A stretch of 63,999 nucleotides of DNA, filler included, from Asterionella formosa (Eukaryota), in NCBI GenBank assembly GCA_002256025.1. It is 6 parts of 6 records of this genome, joined end to end, with 100 filler letters (N's around TTAATTAATTAA, not from the genome) between each part and the next. Parts side by side here need not be neighbours in the genome. Positions count along the whole stretch, not along the records: positions 1 to 28,274 come from NKIB01001255.1; 5 more parts are not named here. The stretch is one strand, 5' to 3'. Shown piece by piece: positions 12,677 to 26,103 of this stretch. A program made the position numbers and the translations under genes. The number at the start of each line of letters is the position of its first letter. Position 1 is the stretch's first letter. The notes under the pieces are model-generated. The model did no database searches, was not told the DNA's origin, and was given only the letters and a program-made list of their open reading frames with translations.

Positions 12677-13618
12677 ATGACGAAACGCATCCGCGAGAGC
12701 ACTGCGTTCCGCCCTTCTGGCCTGACATTACCTCTGTTCCTTCGCAAGAAATGGAATGAACAAGAAACAGCTCCTGATCGAGAAATCAACAGCGCATCCT
12801 CCAACAAACGCGAAGAGTTGCCTCTGCATCCGCAGCCCAGGGAAGGCGAGGCCAACGCTGTATTCACAGCTGACGATCTAGAGCATCGCATACAACTTGC
12901 GGCGGCTAACATGATTGAGATGCAGAAACAGTTATATCGTGGAGAAGAGATGTACCATGAAGAAACTAACTCGCATGGAAATCTTTTCATCCGATGGGAC
13001 GCGTTCATCGACATTCGAGATCTCAGCGCGTCTTCTACAACGCAAGGAACAGGAAGCCGGCGAATGCCACCTGACAATCGATGGTTCTCTGGAAGCTGTA
13101 AATCTGTTACGCGGAGCTTGAGACCAAATCCAGTCTTTGTAAAAGGCGTCACTGCACCAGCGACTCCGATTCCTCGATCGCAAGCAAACACACCGCTGCC
13201 ATTCCCTCAACTTTCAAGTAGAGTTTCTTCCGTTGTTGCTTCAATCCCCCCTAATGATTCATCCGGTATCGGAGCTGCCAATGTAGTGGATACTCCTGAC
13301 CCGCATTTGTCCTCGTCCGCAATTCCGCTGTCATCAGTTCCAATTGCCCCGGCGAACACTGAAATTGCGATATCGCCTCGTCACGACACGCCTGTACCAA
13401 AAACATCTGTTCCTGCATGCGCTTCTCCATTCAATGCCCCAGAAGACTCGCCCTCACCAATGGATGATACTGTTCCAAAGACAGAAACTGTTGTAGCACC
13501 AATTCCAGAAGGTCCCGATGTAGGGGCTGCCGTGGTATCATCTATTGTCAAATCAGAACCAGCAAGTGAAACACCACTTCGGAGGAATACCAGGAAACGA
13601 AAAGTGGGAGATGCATAA
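12677..13618 (+). CDS. EAF6: EAF6/MEAF6-like NuA4 histone acetyltransferase subunit with a long Pro/Ser-rich tail
   Basis: 'MQKQLYRGEEMYHEETNSHGNLFIRWDAFID...RRMPPDNRWFSGS' fits the Eaf6 consensus (E.QIY..E..YLE.T...GN.I.GW...R.FS.SS). C-terminal NLS RKRK. The likely start is ATG 12677, although the frame is open from 12551. Confidence 0.8.
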   Translation: MTKRIRESTAFRPSGLTLPLFLRKKWNEQETAPDREINSASSNKREELPLHPQPREGEANAVFTADDLEHRIQLAAANMIEMQKQLYRGEEMYHEETNSHGNLFIRWDAFIDIRDLSASSTTQGTGSRRMPPDNRWFSGSCKSVTRSLRPNPVFVKGVTAPATPIPRSQANTPLPFPQLSSRVSSVVASIPPNDSSGIGAANVVDTPDPHLSSSAIPLSSVPIAPANTEIAISPRHDTPVPKTSVPACASPFNAPEDSPSPMDDTVPKTETVVAPIPEGPDVGAAVVSSIVKSEPASETPLRRNTRKRKVGDA

Positions 13619-14659
13619 ATTATGCTTCATTCCATTCTGACGGCAAGATTTCTGCTTTTTCTAGTTCAGTTCCTTTTATGTTTTCTCCAGAGAAGGGATG
13701 CATGTACAAATTACCAGCAAAACTTTTGTTTTGTATCCCATTATATTAATTTCTTCACAATGGAACAGACAAGGAAATTTGTCTTGTGAATTGCTTCAAT
13801 ACAACATGCAAGGTTTTCAGTTGCTAAGGCTAGCATGCCTCACATGCTAAATTGAGTGAGCAAAATTCAGTTGGATATCACAATCACCAATTCAATACTT
13901 CATGAGTAACCTTGATTTTCTCCTTGCTAGAAAGGAACAGATGAAAGCAAGAACGCAATCTTCATGATTTGTTTTGACTGAGTGACTACTATCTATACTA
14001 TCTATCCTGGAGCATTCCATCATTTACAAGTATATGGGCACATCTTCTTACCAAAACAAACACACTTGCTTGTAAATGGTTGTACCAGAAGACTACTGAT
14101 GATGCCTTGATACCCTTCACAAGGGCCTGGCAGCCTACTTTGAGACAGACAAGGACGAAGAAACACACCGCATCAAGCCATGATAATGATGGTACCTTGG
14201 CATTATATTTTAGGGCCATTCTCATCATTTTGGATGGAGTATCATATTTTTTGAAATAACAGCTGCTCGATTTGAACTGAAAAATCCATTCTCCAATGTA
14301 AAAATTATACTCAAAAGTAGCACAAAAATTCAACAGTTACAGGCTGGCTGCCATCATGTGCTTGTCCCTACAGATTATCTTGATAAATAACCAGTACTCA
14401 TTCCATGTAGGAAATTTATGTCAATTATGTACCAGTATAGAATCAGTTTTACTCTTGATTGGCAGTGATTTGGAACACATATGCAAGAATGTCATCACAC
14501 TTTGCTTTACATTTCCATTTGCTATTCCCTCTATGATTACCAGCAATCACATCATCACCGCTTTCTGGTAAAAAGCAGGAGGATCAATATTGGAGTGAAG
14601 ATTCATGACTTGAATATCAATGATGGCAATGAAATGACTTAAATAGCTAGGAATATAAA

Positions 14660-15930
14660 TAATGGCAATTATGATGATTATGATGACAACCACCAACTTT
14701 TATCCTTTGCTTGCCATCTAGCTCTGCAGGCTAGAGAAACAGTAACAAAAAGGAAGGCGTAATGGGAACATGAGAGAATGTCTGGTATTTTCATGTCACG
14801 AAGCTCTGTCACAAGGATGCATTTGAGAGGACTTAAAGAATGCCCCTTCGAGCATTTTTCAAATTGGTTTCCTTGTTGCTACAAGAGAGTGAGGTTTATT
14901 GGGAATTATTCCAAGTGCCAATTTACCCAGAGATTGTGTTGGCCATTCTTGGCATTTGATGGTTGGCTGGTGGTGGTAGCTACATTGACATTTGTCATGC
15001 AGCATAGCCTCAATCTATAGATGCCAAGATTTATTTCTTTAAGCTGTGATTAAACGAAGTTTTGAAATTTAATTTTCAAGAAACAAGGAGTGATGTGGCT
15101 GATCAAGTTGGCTTCAGACAGGCTTTGAACAAAAGAGTATATAAGGGTTGATCAGAGGGTGAGCTCGCGCCATCGATGGTTTTCTAGCCACAATAAGCCG
15201 CCTCATGCTATGTGACTGTGGAAAAAATTCTGGGGCTTTTTATTCATGCCATTACATGACTTATGGTATCAATGTTCAGGCTGTTTGTGATGTTGAGAGT
15301 AGATTTATATTGTTTGGGGTGGTTGCTCCACCAGGATGATGCAGTGATCAAGTTGCATTTGAGAGAACCTCCCTACCCAACCATTTTGCATTATTTGACG
15401 CAGGTTTCTATCTCATTGATGATGCGGCATATAAATTGTCAGTTGTCATGTTAGTTCCATTTGTTGGCTCTCAGCGTGATGATTGTACACAAGATGCAAA
15501 CAATTTCTTCTTTCTTGGTGGCTACGGATAAAGATAAAGATGCCATTGGTTTATTACAGACAAATGGTGTGTTCCGAAAAGAAACTTGACAAAATGGCTT
15601 GGAAACAACCTCAAAAGTGCTTGAGTTATGTGCATATCTTCACAATTAAGTCATAAACGAAAAATTGGATAAGGAAATTTCTGGGTCAACTGAAAAGGAA
15701 AAGGCAGATCACATCCAGGATGTTTTAGTCGAAATCACCCCAGTCCCAATTCTCCACTTGCTTGGGGATATTTACCAACTTTTGAGAAATTTGATGCAAT
15801 GCCTGGTCATCCTGTATTTGAGATGTAATTCTTGAAAGGATTGCTAACATGGGTTTGCAATGCTGAACTCCAGCTAATATTGAGAGGAGAAGGTTGGAAC
15901 TTCTACACGAGATACTAAATTGAATGTAGA
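14660..15930 (+). mobile_element. Degenerate PIF/Harbinger DDE nuclease (DDE_Tnp_4/HARBI1-like)
   Basis: Broken reading frames give AIDGFL (~15169), YGINVQAVCD (~15262), GFYLIDDAAY (~15403-15432), LVPFVGSQR and RIK..AIGLL..KW. These are the catalytic motifs of Harbinger transposases. Many stops and frameshifts. Confidence 0.75.
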
Positions 15931-16286
15931 TGATGATAAATTGTTGAAACTGATTATTCATTTTAATGTATTTCCTTGAGACAACAGATTGAACATTTGA
16001 TAATGCTTTCTCTTACATCATGAAATTTCCAAACGACCTTGGACAATATCAGAACTTAAAGAAATTTTCTAGTTCTTCCCATGCAACTCTTAGTCAGATC
16101 TTATACTTTTCCAAAAAAGGCAATTAAATTTATAGCATGTTAAAGCTATCCAATAATCGCACTCAGGCCCAATTAAATGGAAACAATTAGTACCGGTTTT
16201 ATTCGTCCATACGGTACAATTGGACCTGCCTTTTTGTCAGGCACACACCCCGGAACTGTAGGGACTACACGAAAAAGACAGTTGTT

Positions 16287-16348
16287 GGCTGAATGCAGGA
16301 ATCGAACCCACTACCACAGAAGATGTGCTAACCACTAAGCCATTCCCC
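16287..16348 (-). ncRNA. tRNA-like Pol III element (pseudo-tRNA or SINE head)
   Basis: Minus strand reads gggaatggcttagtggttagcacatcttctgtggtagtgggttcgattcctgcattcagcc. A box TGGCTTAGTGG, B box GGTTCGATTCC, D and T arms, a truncated anticodon arm, and TTTTT about 10 nt downstream. Confidence 0.6.
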
Positions 16349-16379
16349 TACCAGTTCCTTTACCTATTATTGCTAGCCT

Positions 16380-17560
16380 TCTTTTTAGTTGTCGCTGTTG
16401 ACCTTTCTCTGACAATTCTCACTGTTTCTTTAATTAATAAGCTTACTCTAAAAAGCTAGGTTCAATCCCATTCATAACACTTTGAAAACCTGTTCTTTGT
16501 GTTATCTGAAACATCCATCTCGTTACCTAGTTCCTTGACATGGGAATTTTGATTCATATGCCTTTGAATATTCAGCATCAATATCAACTTGGTTCCAGTA
16601 TTCATCTTCAGGAAATTCTAGTTGGGTGCAGTCATCATCCTCATCATCAAAATATGTGACAACAAGTCAATCATAAATGAATATTTGTCGACTTCTTCTT
16701 GCATCAAGTTAAGCCATGGTGGGTGTCTGACCTAGACGCAAGACATCACTGCAATGCTTGTTGCACATGTAGATATTAATAACACGGAAGTAGGTATTTC
16801 TTCAGGAAACAGAATCTGGTTGGGGGGGTTGACTTTGCCTGTTTCTTGTTTTTTCGGCTTTTTTAATGGCAGGTTCACTTCCTTTTCAATATGATGATCA
16901 ATATCTTCATCATTGTTTGTAATGCCCAAAGAATGTTGCTGTACTGCTGTTGTCTATTGCTATTCTTCATTCCTGTCACAATTTTCTTGATTTTTTCCCT
17001 CATCATTAATTGAACCATTTTTATTATTAACATAATCACTGTCCTGGGAATTGTCTGATTCATACACTCTTGGGTATGGCCTCATCTTTGAAAAGCTGTC
17101 TTTCCTTCAAAAGTCGAACAATCAAACTAATAGTTGAAGCCTTCTTCGCATTTTGTACCCAGAAACTTTGTATCTGATGCAAATTTTTCGCAGAATCTTA
17201 AGTGAGATCTGCTTCATTTCCACATGTATGATGGACATCAGGTGGTGCCTATCATTATCATGCTCAAACTCGTCAGGAACTATGAGTGAGTTGAAAAATT
17301 GATCAACTTCAGCATCTGTAACAAGAGGATTTGTTTAATTTGGGGAGGTGGGTTGTTTCTCATGGTGAATGGTGGTTGCAGCATCAAGAATTGTCATATG
17401 CATTTGTGTGATTGGTCCATTTGCCTTGCCTTGCCTTGCTTGTATGATCCCTTCTGTATACCTTCTGTTATCTGTTGTAACAGTAGCCAATGAAAGGCAG
17501 TGGTGGCAAGTCAACAAGACTGATGCCACTATAATGATTTGTATCTTGCTGCTTTGATGC
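16380..17560 (-). mobile_element. Degenerate transposon accessory ORF (possible Harbinger partner ORF)
   Basis: Broken ORF with acidic stretches and 'LRKICIRYKVSGYK', convergent with the Harbinger nuclease relic. Its 3' end is repeated at 42155-42370. Confidence 0.4.
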
Positions 17561-18250
17561 ACACACCATAATAAATTTAATGCATATTATGTCATTAAAA
17601 TTAGTGCACTGCAGGCATATTTTCGGTCATTTTATCTCTAAGAACAGAAATGATACATGCCTGAATTCATCAGTTTTGGAGGGGTCCAAAAATGGTGGAG
17701 TATCAATTTGGTATCAATGATCCTGCATTGATACCAACGTCATTTTCTTCAATAACCCAGACAAATGAAAACGCAATTTCGGAATGACAAGAACACCCTT
17801 GTTGTTATCTACCATGTACCTGGTACCAGCGGGGTACCTACTACCAGGTACGGTACCAGGGTACCGTATATAATTTCAGATCATCTCTACATATACGTAT
17901 ATATGATGCTGTCGAAAGCTCGTGAAGTGCTGACGTCATTCCCATCTATGTACCGGTACACAACTGCCAAAGTAGCAGCAATAACTCACTCTCGTCCTGG
18001 TGCTTCATCCCCCCATCCAATAATGTCAAGGAGCGTGTGAGGGTGACAACAGGTACATTAGAGGCACAACAGCAACAAATCCAGAGAGATACCGGTACAG
18101 AAGCAATTGATAATTTTTTTTCAATCAAGACAGGAGATTAACAATAGCACAATACATTGACTTGATGAACAGATTGGCATTGGCCGCTCCCTTCTGCTGA
18201 CATCTGCCCATCAAGCATCGTTTTCGTTGTCGAACGTGAACAAACCAAAC

Positions 18251-19881
18251 ATGATCTCCTTTGTAAATACTTCTGTGCGGAGCCAATCTGTGCTTAAACG
18301 ACGGCGTCGAATGCCACAAAATCGGCTCCTTAGCCGCCGCAGCAGCACTACTATCACTTCAACAGAAGACATTACTAGAAACGGCGGAACGATTGAAGGA
18401 GTTTGGATCTTTTCACGGCATGGCGATCGCACGCCTTGTCGATCACTTTCTTCACCCCACATGGCAGATGCGGAATCCTTGTTTTGGAGAACGAAGTTAC
18501 CAACTCCAGACCCGCTTTCGGCGTTCAAGTCACTTTCTCGTTGCTTTCCTCCGGAAATTCACCCGTCGAATGCTGGGAAATTTCTGGACGTGGAACGAAG
18601 GCCTTTTGGATTTTTGACACTAAAAGGTGTGGAGCAAATGAAGTCAAATGGAGAGCGCTTCTTTACGCGGTATGATCAGTATGGGCATCGATGTCAGCAG
18701 CCCAACAGCGACAATACCGGCGTGGGAAATAACCTTCTGAAATCATGGGATGTCAAGGTCTTTTCTACTAATTACTTAAGAACGGTCACGTCGGCACAGA
18801 GCTTTCTGGATGGACTCTTGGGGACTAACTGCTACCGGCCTAGCTGTGGCCATTCATCGTTTGAGGAACCGTTGGAAATTCCAAATCATGCGACTGTCGT
18901 TGAAAAGGACAAATCCAAATTTGTGCTTTCTGTGCAAGTCAGGGACCGAGCAAAGGATACGTTGAACGCGTTTGACCGAAACCCAGATCTCATGATGAAA
19001 CTTGTGGGAGATGTCGTGGGATCACCGCAATTCGTAGCTCGAGATGCGACTGCAGCGCCCTTGGCGGCTCGATTGGCGAATTTCATGCCCGGTCTCGTAC
19101 GAAAGGGCAGAAAAGTCTTTGGTGGTCCCTCCGGCATCAACTGGATTGACGCTACGGACCATTTCGTATGCCGTAATTCGCACCGTGTCAAGTTTTCCCG
19201 CTTTTCTGAATTTCAACACGATGATCGCGTGGAGCGAACACTTCAAGCCATGGCTCATCAAACGGTGTGTTCGTCGGCTTTGACATGTTTATGTGTGTCT
19301 TGTGATTGCCAATTTGCCAATGCTCATACTTGCCATTCGCTTAGATTGCTCACCTTGCTTGGAGATTTAGGCAATGGTACCAAAGTCCACCGCTACTGGC
19401 TGCTATAGCATCCCCTCCTCTGAGAGAAATTGCTTCCCAAATGGTGTCGACGCTAACATTAGATGGCCGGCAACGACATCCCCTTGTGCTCTACAGTTGT
19501 CATGATGTGACCATTTTGTCTTTGCTTTATGGTGTGGGTGCAGAATTCTTGGCCGATGAAAAGAAGGAAGAGTGGCGATTCTGGCCCGCTTATGGAACCA
19601 CTCTAGTTTTTGAGTTGGTACGTATTAATGAAATCAATTCCGAAGATTCTCACGTAGTCCGCATCCTTTTGAATGGACAACCAATCAAGGCGGTTAATTT
19701 GCTGACACACAAGGATGACAAGGAAATCGAACATGTTGGGTTGGGTCCTATGAACATGCTTCGAGTGTCTGATTTCATCAAGATTGTTGCTCAGCTCGAA
19801 ACTATTGGTGGTTTTGACCATTCAAAATATGGTGTGGACGACTCCGAGAAAGAACGAGATATGTCGAATTGGACAGGATAG
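18251..19881 (+). CDS. Histidine acid phosphatase (branch 2); 2 exons
   Basis: Motifs RHGDRTP, GFLTLKG, STNYLRT..SA and distal YSCHD. Exons 18251-19264 and 19345-19881, with a GT-AG intron at 19265-19344 and the frame preserved. Start codon is uncertain (18251 or 18311). Confidence 0.88.
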
Positions 19882-19998
19882 CCTTGAAGGTTGGAATCAT
19901 CTGCTTCTCAAGATGCTAAATATGACACATGCTAGAATAGATTGCAACAGCACTTAAGTACCCAAGTTCATTTACTTCTCCCAGTTTAACGTATAGAG

Positions 19999-22009
19999 TT
20001 ACGGGGGTCTTGAGCTGCTCATGATTTGCATGTCTGATATAAGCATAAGGTGATCAGAGCTATATTCTGTCGAAGGCAGGGCTTCACCGTGCTTGGTCAA
20101 GACACTTTCGTCTGGGATCGGCGCTGCTGACAGGGGCCTTAAATTCTGAGCTGAAAACCAAATGTAATCAAGCACACCCTTGAATTGTGAAGTGTAGTTT
20201 GTAACACTCGGTTCCTCGCCCAAGATGGATTGGTATGCACTTCCCAGCTGGAAGGAATGTGAAATGTTGTGTGCATCTGGCAAAATGTTAGGACAAATGT
20301 CATCCGTATTCATATTAACATCAGGGTGACCCGGATGAACAGCTTGCCGGGAGAGAAGGTCGTACACAGCAGTGTCCGGTGTCGAGTTGAAATCGCCGCA
20401 AATCATCAAGGGTAGCTGCGTTCCTCTACTCATCACAAATGTTTCGAGTTCTTGGAGGAGCTGCCAGGTTTGCCATAGCTTGACATCTGGAAAATCCTTG
20501 TTACTATACAAATGTGTATTCGCGATGCACACTTGAGTGATTGCGTCCCCTCTGGACCGACCCATGGATTGCTGTGCCAGCTCTAGGACAACTAACTGCG
20601 CGACATTGTCCTTCGAAAGTCTATTTAAAAACGAAACGCCTTCTTCGCTGCGTGGATTCAAACCCAGTACTTGCGTTGCCTGGCGCTGAGCCAACTCATT
20701 GAACTCGATACTGTATGATTCGATCAAAACGAACTTTGTTCGCCTCCAAAACAGAGCACATCCATCCACCTTCCCAGCCAACCCCATCGACTGTCTTGTC
20801 TTCTGCTTATAAACTCCTTCGTATCCCGCATCATTCATTGCTGCGTAGAGGTGATTCTCGTAATGATCTGCCTGCACCTCTTGCAAGCAAACGACGTCTG
20901 GTGATGCCTCCATGATTTCCCGCAAAATGTTCTGAAAGCTATAATGTGCATAATTTTAGAAAAAGACAAAACATGAAATACCAAAATCAAATATATTTCT
21001 TTTCTTACCGATAATCCCAAGACAATGCCCAGAAATCACAGTATGGATACTGTTGTTGAGTTGCATAAATCTCCGCCAGGACGTTGTAAGTAGCTATTCT
21101 GAAGCGAGCTCCTCCACCTGGTACAGATCCCTTAGCCGTTACCAAGTTTCGCTTTAAAGGATCTGGAGCTCGACTGAGGACCAAATCTGTCTTGACTACA
21201 CGCATCATCAATAGTTCCCCGGTTTCCAGCGAGTAAGCGGCTGCTTCTACCTTCAGCTTTCGACCCACGTCCTCAATGCTCGTAATATAAACTTGATCAC
21301 GACTTATTTCCACCCATTCATCTTCCTTTGGTCCTTCACCAACATAATCAATGTAATTATTGCTGGTGAACGCTGTGAATCCACTACGAGGGGTTCCAGG
21401 AGCATTTCCTGTATAGGACCCGTCATCGCTGTTTGCGTAAGGGTTTCGGCTTCGTGCTCCGCTACTAACCGGAGGTCCAAAACTACCGGAACTTCCCACA
21501 CTTCTCGCATCATCGTCATTGCTCATAGACGAACTGGATCTCCGATGATGGCTCGGCGTAGCAGTTCCGCTACAAATCATTGCTCCTTCCTTTGGCACCG
21601 TATACTGTGTCTTCCACGCCTGCACAAAGCACGTTGAGTTGCAAAAGGTGCATTTGTACAGTGAACTCTGTGTCGAGACACACTGTAGCGAACATCCCGA
21701 TCCTCCCAATGCGTGCATCGACCAGTCATGAGGCGAAAAGGAAGTTCGCCGGGGACAACCTTCGTATGCACATGACTCAACAGGCGGTCCCCTGAACCAC
21801 CGAAAGGAGAATTCGTGAGCTGGCGGCGGTTCACGGCTTTTTTTCGAATGAGGAGCCAATGGCTTGTCCAAATCTCGATCGTCTAGCTTCTTTCCGTACA
21901 TGTAAGCGTGTGGTCGCATGGTGCAGCCCTCTACGGGCCGATCAACTCGTAGCGACAGATGCCATGAGTACGAGCAATCCTTCGTATTCATGCTTTGCAA
22001 GGGTGCCAT
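19999..22009 (-). CDS. CCR4: CCR4 (CNOT6-type) deadenylase, plant-like architecture; 2 exons
   Basis: Exons 22009-21009 and 20938-19999, with an intron at 21008-20939. EEP motifs TYNVLA, CLQEVQ, DGCA, NTHL, CGDFNS, LDYIW and SDH. An N-terminal Cys-rich domain (RPVEGC...FRWFR...C...LQC...FCNSTCFVQAW) replaces the LRRs. Confidence 0.93.
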
Positions 22010-23609
22010 AAATTTGGTCGCTATCTGTATCCGTCGCTGCACTCCTTTTATCCGCTACTAAAGCGATTTTCCAGCAACAATCAGACCCCCAATTCCCGTC
22101 GTAGATAATTCCCCCAAGGTGGACTAATCCGACCAAACCGAGCTCGTTGGCAAATTGACGCAATGGAACTCCTTGGCCGTCGAGTCGTCCTTTGGACGCG
22201 TCTTTGACGCCTAACAGTCAGCTCGGACCGAGACGGCGGTCGCAAAAGACAAAAGACAAGCCAAAACGAGACAAATAGCTTGCTGCTGTGTAAGAAGCAG
22301 ATGCATCAAATCAAATGTCGGCAACCCCGAGAAACTAACGACGGCACTGTGATGATACCAGGTTCCTGGTGGTACCTGGACTGCGGTACCGGTACCTGGT
22401 ACCAGGTAACAGGAAGTAGACATCATGTACTCCGACCCGATCGATACATAGGGGTACTTGGTAGGAGTACCAGCTACCAGGTACTGGTATCAGGCAGGAA
22501 GCTGACAGGAATACTGTTTGCTGCGCAGGCGGAGCACCCGAACAAGCGGAAGCGCACGACATTACACATGGAGTGAATTTGTATGTATCTGTACCTGGTA
22601 CCAGGTGCGTCTAAATAAGATACCACGTACCAGGTACCCTGGTACCGGTAGTGTACATACCGGGATACATGTAGGTACCAGGTACTGTATCCAGCTACCG
22701 GTATACCCGTGCGTTACGAGAAGAAGACGGGCGGAACAAAATAAAATACCCGGATATACCAAGTACGCACGTGAATTGTCACAGGAGGGGCTGTCGGAAG
22801 CACAAGCCCAGATGTCCGTTCCATGTTGCAACATAATAAGTAGGGGACAACATGGTATTTAGATATGTACCATGTACTGTGCAGCGTTTGTTGGTGAGAC
22901 GGAACAAGCAAAGCTAAACCAAACGAGGACATACCTGCACACGCGCACGCCCTAAGAAGTGGAGCGCACACTAACAATACCGCTAAGCAAACCTCACGTC
23001 ACATCTAAGTCCTGCAAGGAAGTGGTTGTGATATTTGAAGGATGCTTAGCCAAGTGCAGGAAGGGGTTTGGAAACCGGGTACTTGGTACCGGTACCGGGG
23101 TATACGGATTCGGCTCGAATATACCGGTACCGTTAGTAGCTATCTCATTGTTTGCGGATTTTACAGAATTGGACGATGGGAAGGCCTCCTATATAGCCGC
23201 CAGGGCCAATTTTTTCACCGATGATCCCCCACCCACCCAACGATCAGAACAGTGCGAACTACTATAGCGTAAACCTCATAATATCTCCATGGATATAATA
23301 ACTCCACAGGGACCCTTTGCATCATAAGTCACTTTGGGGGTTCAGGCAGTCATAATATCTCGACATATAGGTAGCATTTTTAAATGTGTGATGGTGCTGA
23401 AGGTTTACATGGTGACGTAACACGATACATACATAGGTAGCATGTTTCGATCATGCATGCATCTGTTTTGTTTTAGTAGGAGTAGTAGCAGGTACAACCA
23501 GGAACCAGGTACCGAACCTGTACTGGTACAGCGTCACAGCAGCGCACTCTGGTATATGCCGTTATATATAGCCAGTACATATTCATAAAATACAGGTACA
23601 TTGTTGTTA

Positions 23610-24340
23610 TATCATAAATGTTTTCAACATGGATGAGACTTTCATTCTTTTCTACCCCAGTAAAGACACTTTTCTTGCATCAAAAGGAACAAAATGAGTA
23701 TGTCGGCTCCTTGGTTCCAGTTGAAAATGACAAAAAGGGAGTCACATTGGCAGTCACAGCTAGTAGTCTTCTTTCTTCTGAACTTCTCCCACCATTCATC
23801 ATTGATACTGGATCATTTGGCACAGATCTGATGATCTCTTGGAGCAACTACAAAAATTCAACAGTGATTTGTTACATTGGATGACTCAATTTACGTTAAT
23901 TATATATCTTGACTGGCTATTGAAAAGTTTTCCATGTCAAAGAAGGTCATTGCTTATTGAAGATCGATCCAAAACTCAATTTGGAAAAATCATTACAGAT
24001 TGGCTAGAGACAAAACATTCATTACCTGAACCAGGTAACAAAGTCTTCCTTGTGTACATCTTGGAAGGCATGACATCAATTCAGCAAGTGTATGGTATTG
24101 ATTTGAATAAACCTCTCAAGGCTGCAATCAAGAAGCTGTTTTATTATTTCAGGCAAAACTCCATAGCTGATAAAAATGCCAGCAAGCTGGTTGGTTGAGC
24201 TCTCATTGTACCAAGGGAAGATCTGATTGGAATGATTGAGACTGCCTTTGATGAAATAAACCTAGGGAATAAGCCCAAATTATGGATTGCAGCTGCATTT
24301 GCAACATGTTGGCAGGATCCTTGGTAAGCCAACTTGGACA
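23610..24340 (+). mobile_element. Degenerate pogo-family DDE_1 transposase
   Basis: Frameshifted fragments NMDET, KKGVTLAVTA, LLPPFII, HWM, LLIED and ILEGMTSIQQ..IDLNKPLK follow the DDE_1 motif order. Confidence 0.75.
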
Positions 24341-26103
24341 TCTCAATTTCGACTCACTACAGCGACATTCAAGGCTCAACGATGCTCAACGAGGACCAAT
24401 GTCATTAATGCCCAGATCAGTTTGCTTGAGGGAAGCCGTCACAATCCTTTTTTTGAAACTAAATGATTGCTTTCCCCTAGAGTGATTCAATAGCTTATTT
24501 TGCCTATTGTTAACACAACCAATGTGGTCATAAGAAATTTGGTAAGTGTCTTATCAGTGGATCGATTCACAACTGTTTGAACATAACTAACGAATGCGTG
24601 TTACTTTCTTCAGGGTAATGTTAAACAAAAAGTATTTATGAGTTCTAGACAAATTCATTGGATGTTCATGACTATTGATGATTACCATTTCAAAAATTGA
24701 CTGACACATGCATGGCATGGTTTTACAGATTTATGCATCCAAAACTTCGATTTGTGGTGAGTGAAGATGGAATAGGACTGTTTGTTGTAGCGTCAACAGA
24801 ACACAACTTACGATAACTTCTTCTCCATTGTTAGTATGAGTACATAGGACAAAGAATCATTGAAACAACGGAATAGCGTGCGAATTCAGTGTCGGAATAA
24901 GCGCAGGGAAGCGAATGGAAATCAAGCAATGCCTGACACAAGATTGAGAATAGAATAAGAAAGGGACGATCTATCAAGCAATACCTGACACAAGATTCAG
25001 AATAGAAGAAGAATGGTGTGAGACAGGAGCAAGCAGTGAGCCGAAAAGAAAGCGGAACATTGTAGCATTGCAAATAGCAAAGTAGAGATTGGTAAAAATG
25101 AAGCAGATAAACTACATACCAGCCATTTCAACTTACTTTAAACCATGACATTGTTTAGAATCATGATTATTTTAAGATAATAAACTTCAAAGGCTTATGA
25201 TATTGAAAAGAATTGCTGTTGAAACTTTTACACATTGTATGATCAGTTTGTGATACAATTACAAATGACAGGTGGATATTATTGTATAACCATCGACCAT
25301 AAATGATACTAGATGCTGTTCCAATAATTATTATTTTTATTTTTAGATTGGACTCGTTTCTGACAAAATATGACAACCCATATGAAGTGTTATTTGATTT
25401 TAGGATTGCTTAAAGTATGGTGATATGATCATACTTATATTATGATTTGATCATACATACATGTGGAAAATGTATCATATCCTGAAAAATCCTGTGCCAC
25501 TTTGTGTACAATAGCTTGATCCTTCTTAGATGATACTTTTAATTTTCATACGGACTTTGGCCGAGTATGGGGCCCTCCTCTGGTTCTGCAAAAAATCCTG
25601 AGAGCGGGAAGTACATAAACCCTTCTAGGTTACTACTAATTGGGTAGACCACAAGTATAGCACAATTACATTAGTTGCAGTGGGACAACTTTTGTATTGG
25701 ATCCATGCACTGAAGGACTTAATGAACCCGAAGGTAAGATTGGCTACTGATCTGCAGACAATGGCAAAAAAATCATTCCTCAAGAGGTGTGGAGTAATCC
25801 ACACCTGACAACACCCCATGCACTTGAATACAAAAGCGTTGGATGACGCTTTCGGTTGGCAATGAGTTGCTATCAATGTAAATATAACTGCACATCCACT
25901 AGTGCACAATTTCATAACATCAAATGCATGTCAAGACTAAAGGCATAAAATGTAGACTGGTTGAATGCAGCGACGATTTTACTATGTATTCGATTCTGCA
26001 CAAAGCACTCGATTTCAATGAGAAATTCTCTCGTCGGGACCATTGCTCATGAACAAAAAATCAAGCCTTTTCCTCATTCGTTTAATTTCACAATGAAATG
26101 GTC

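Noticed and set aside
22211..23267. Many short ORFs rich in WYQVP/YLVPGT (also at 539-901, 5414-5637, 47717-47917)
   Set aside because: These are translations of the GGTACC/CCWGG tracts, which are stop-poor in all frames. There is no coding evidence.
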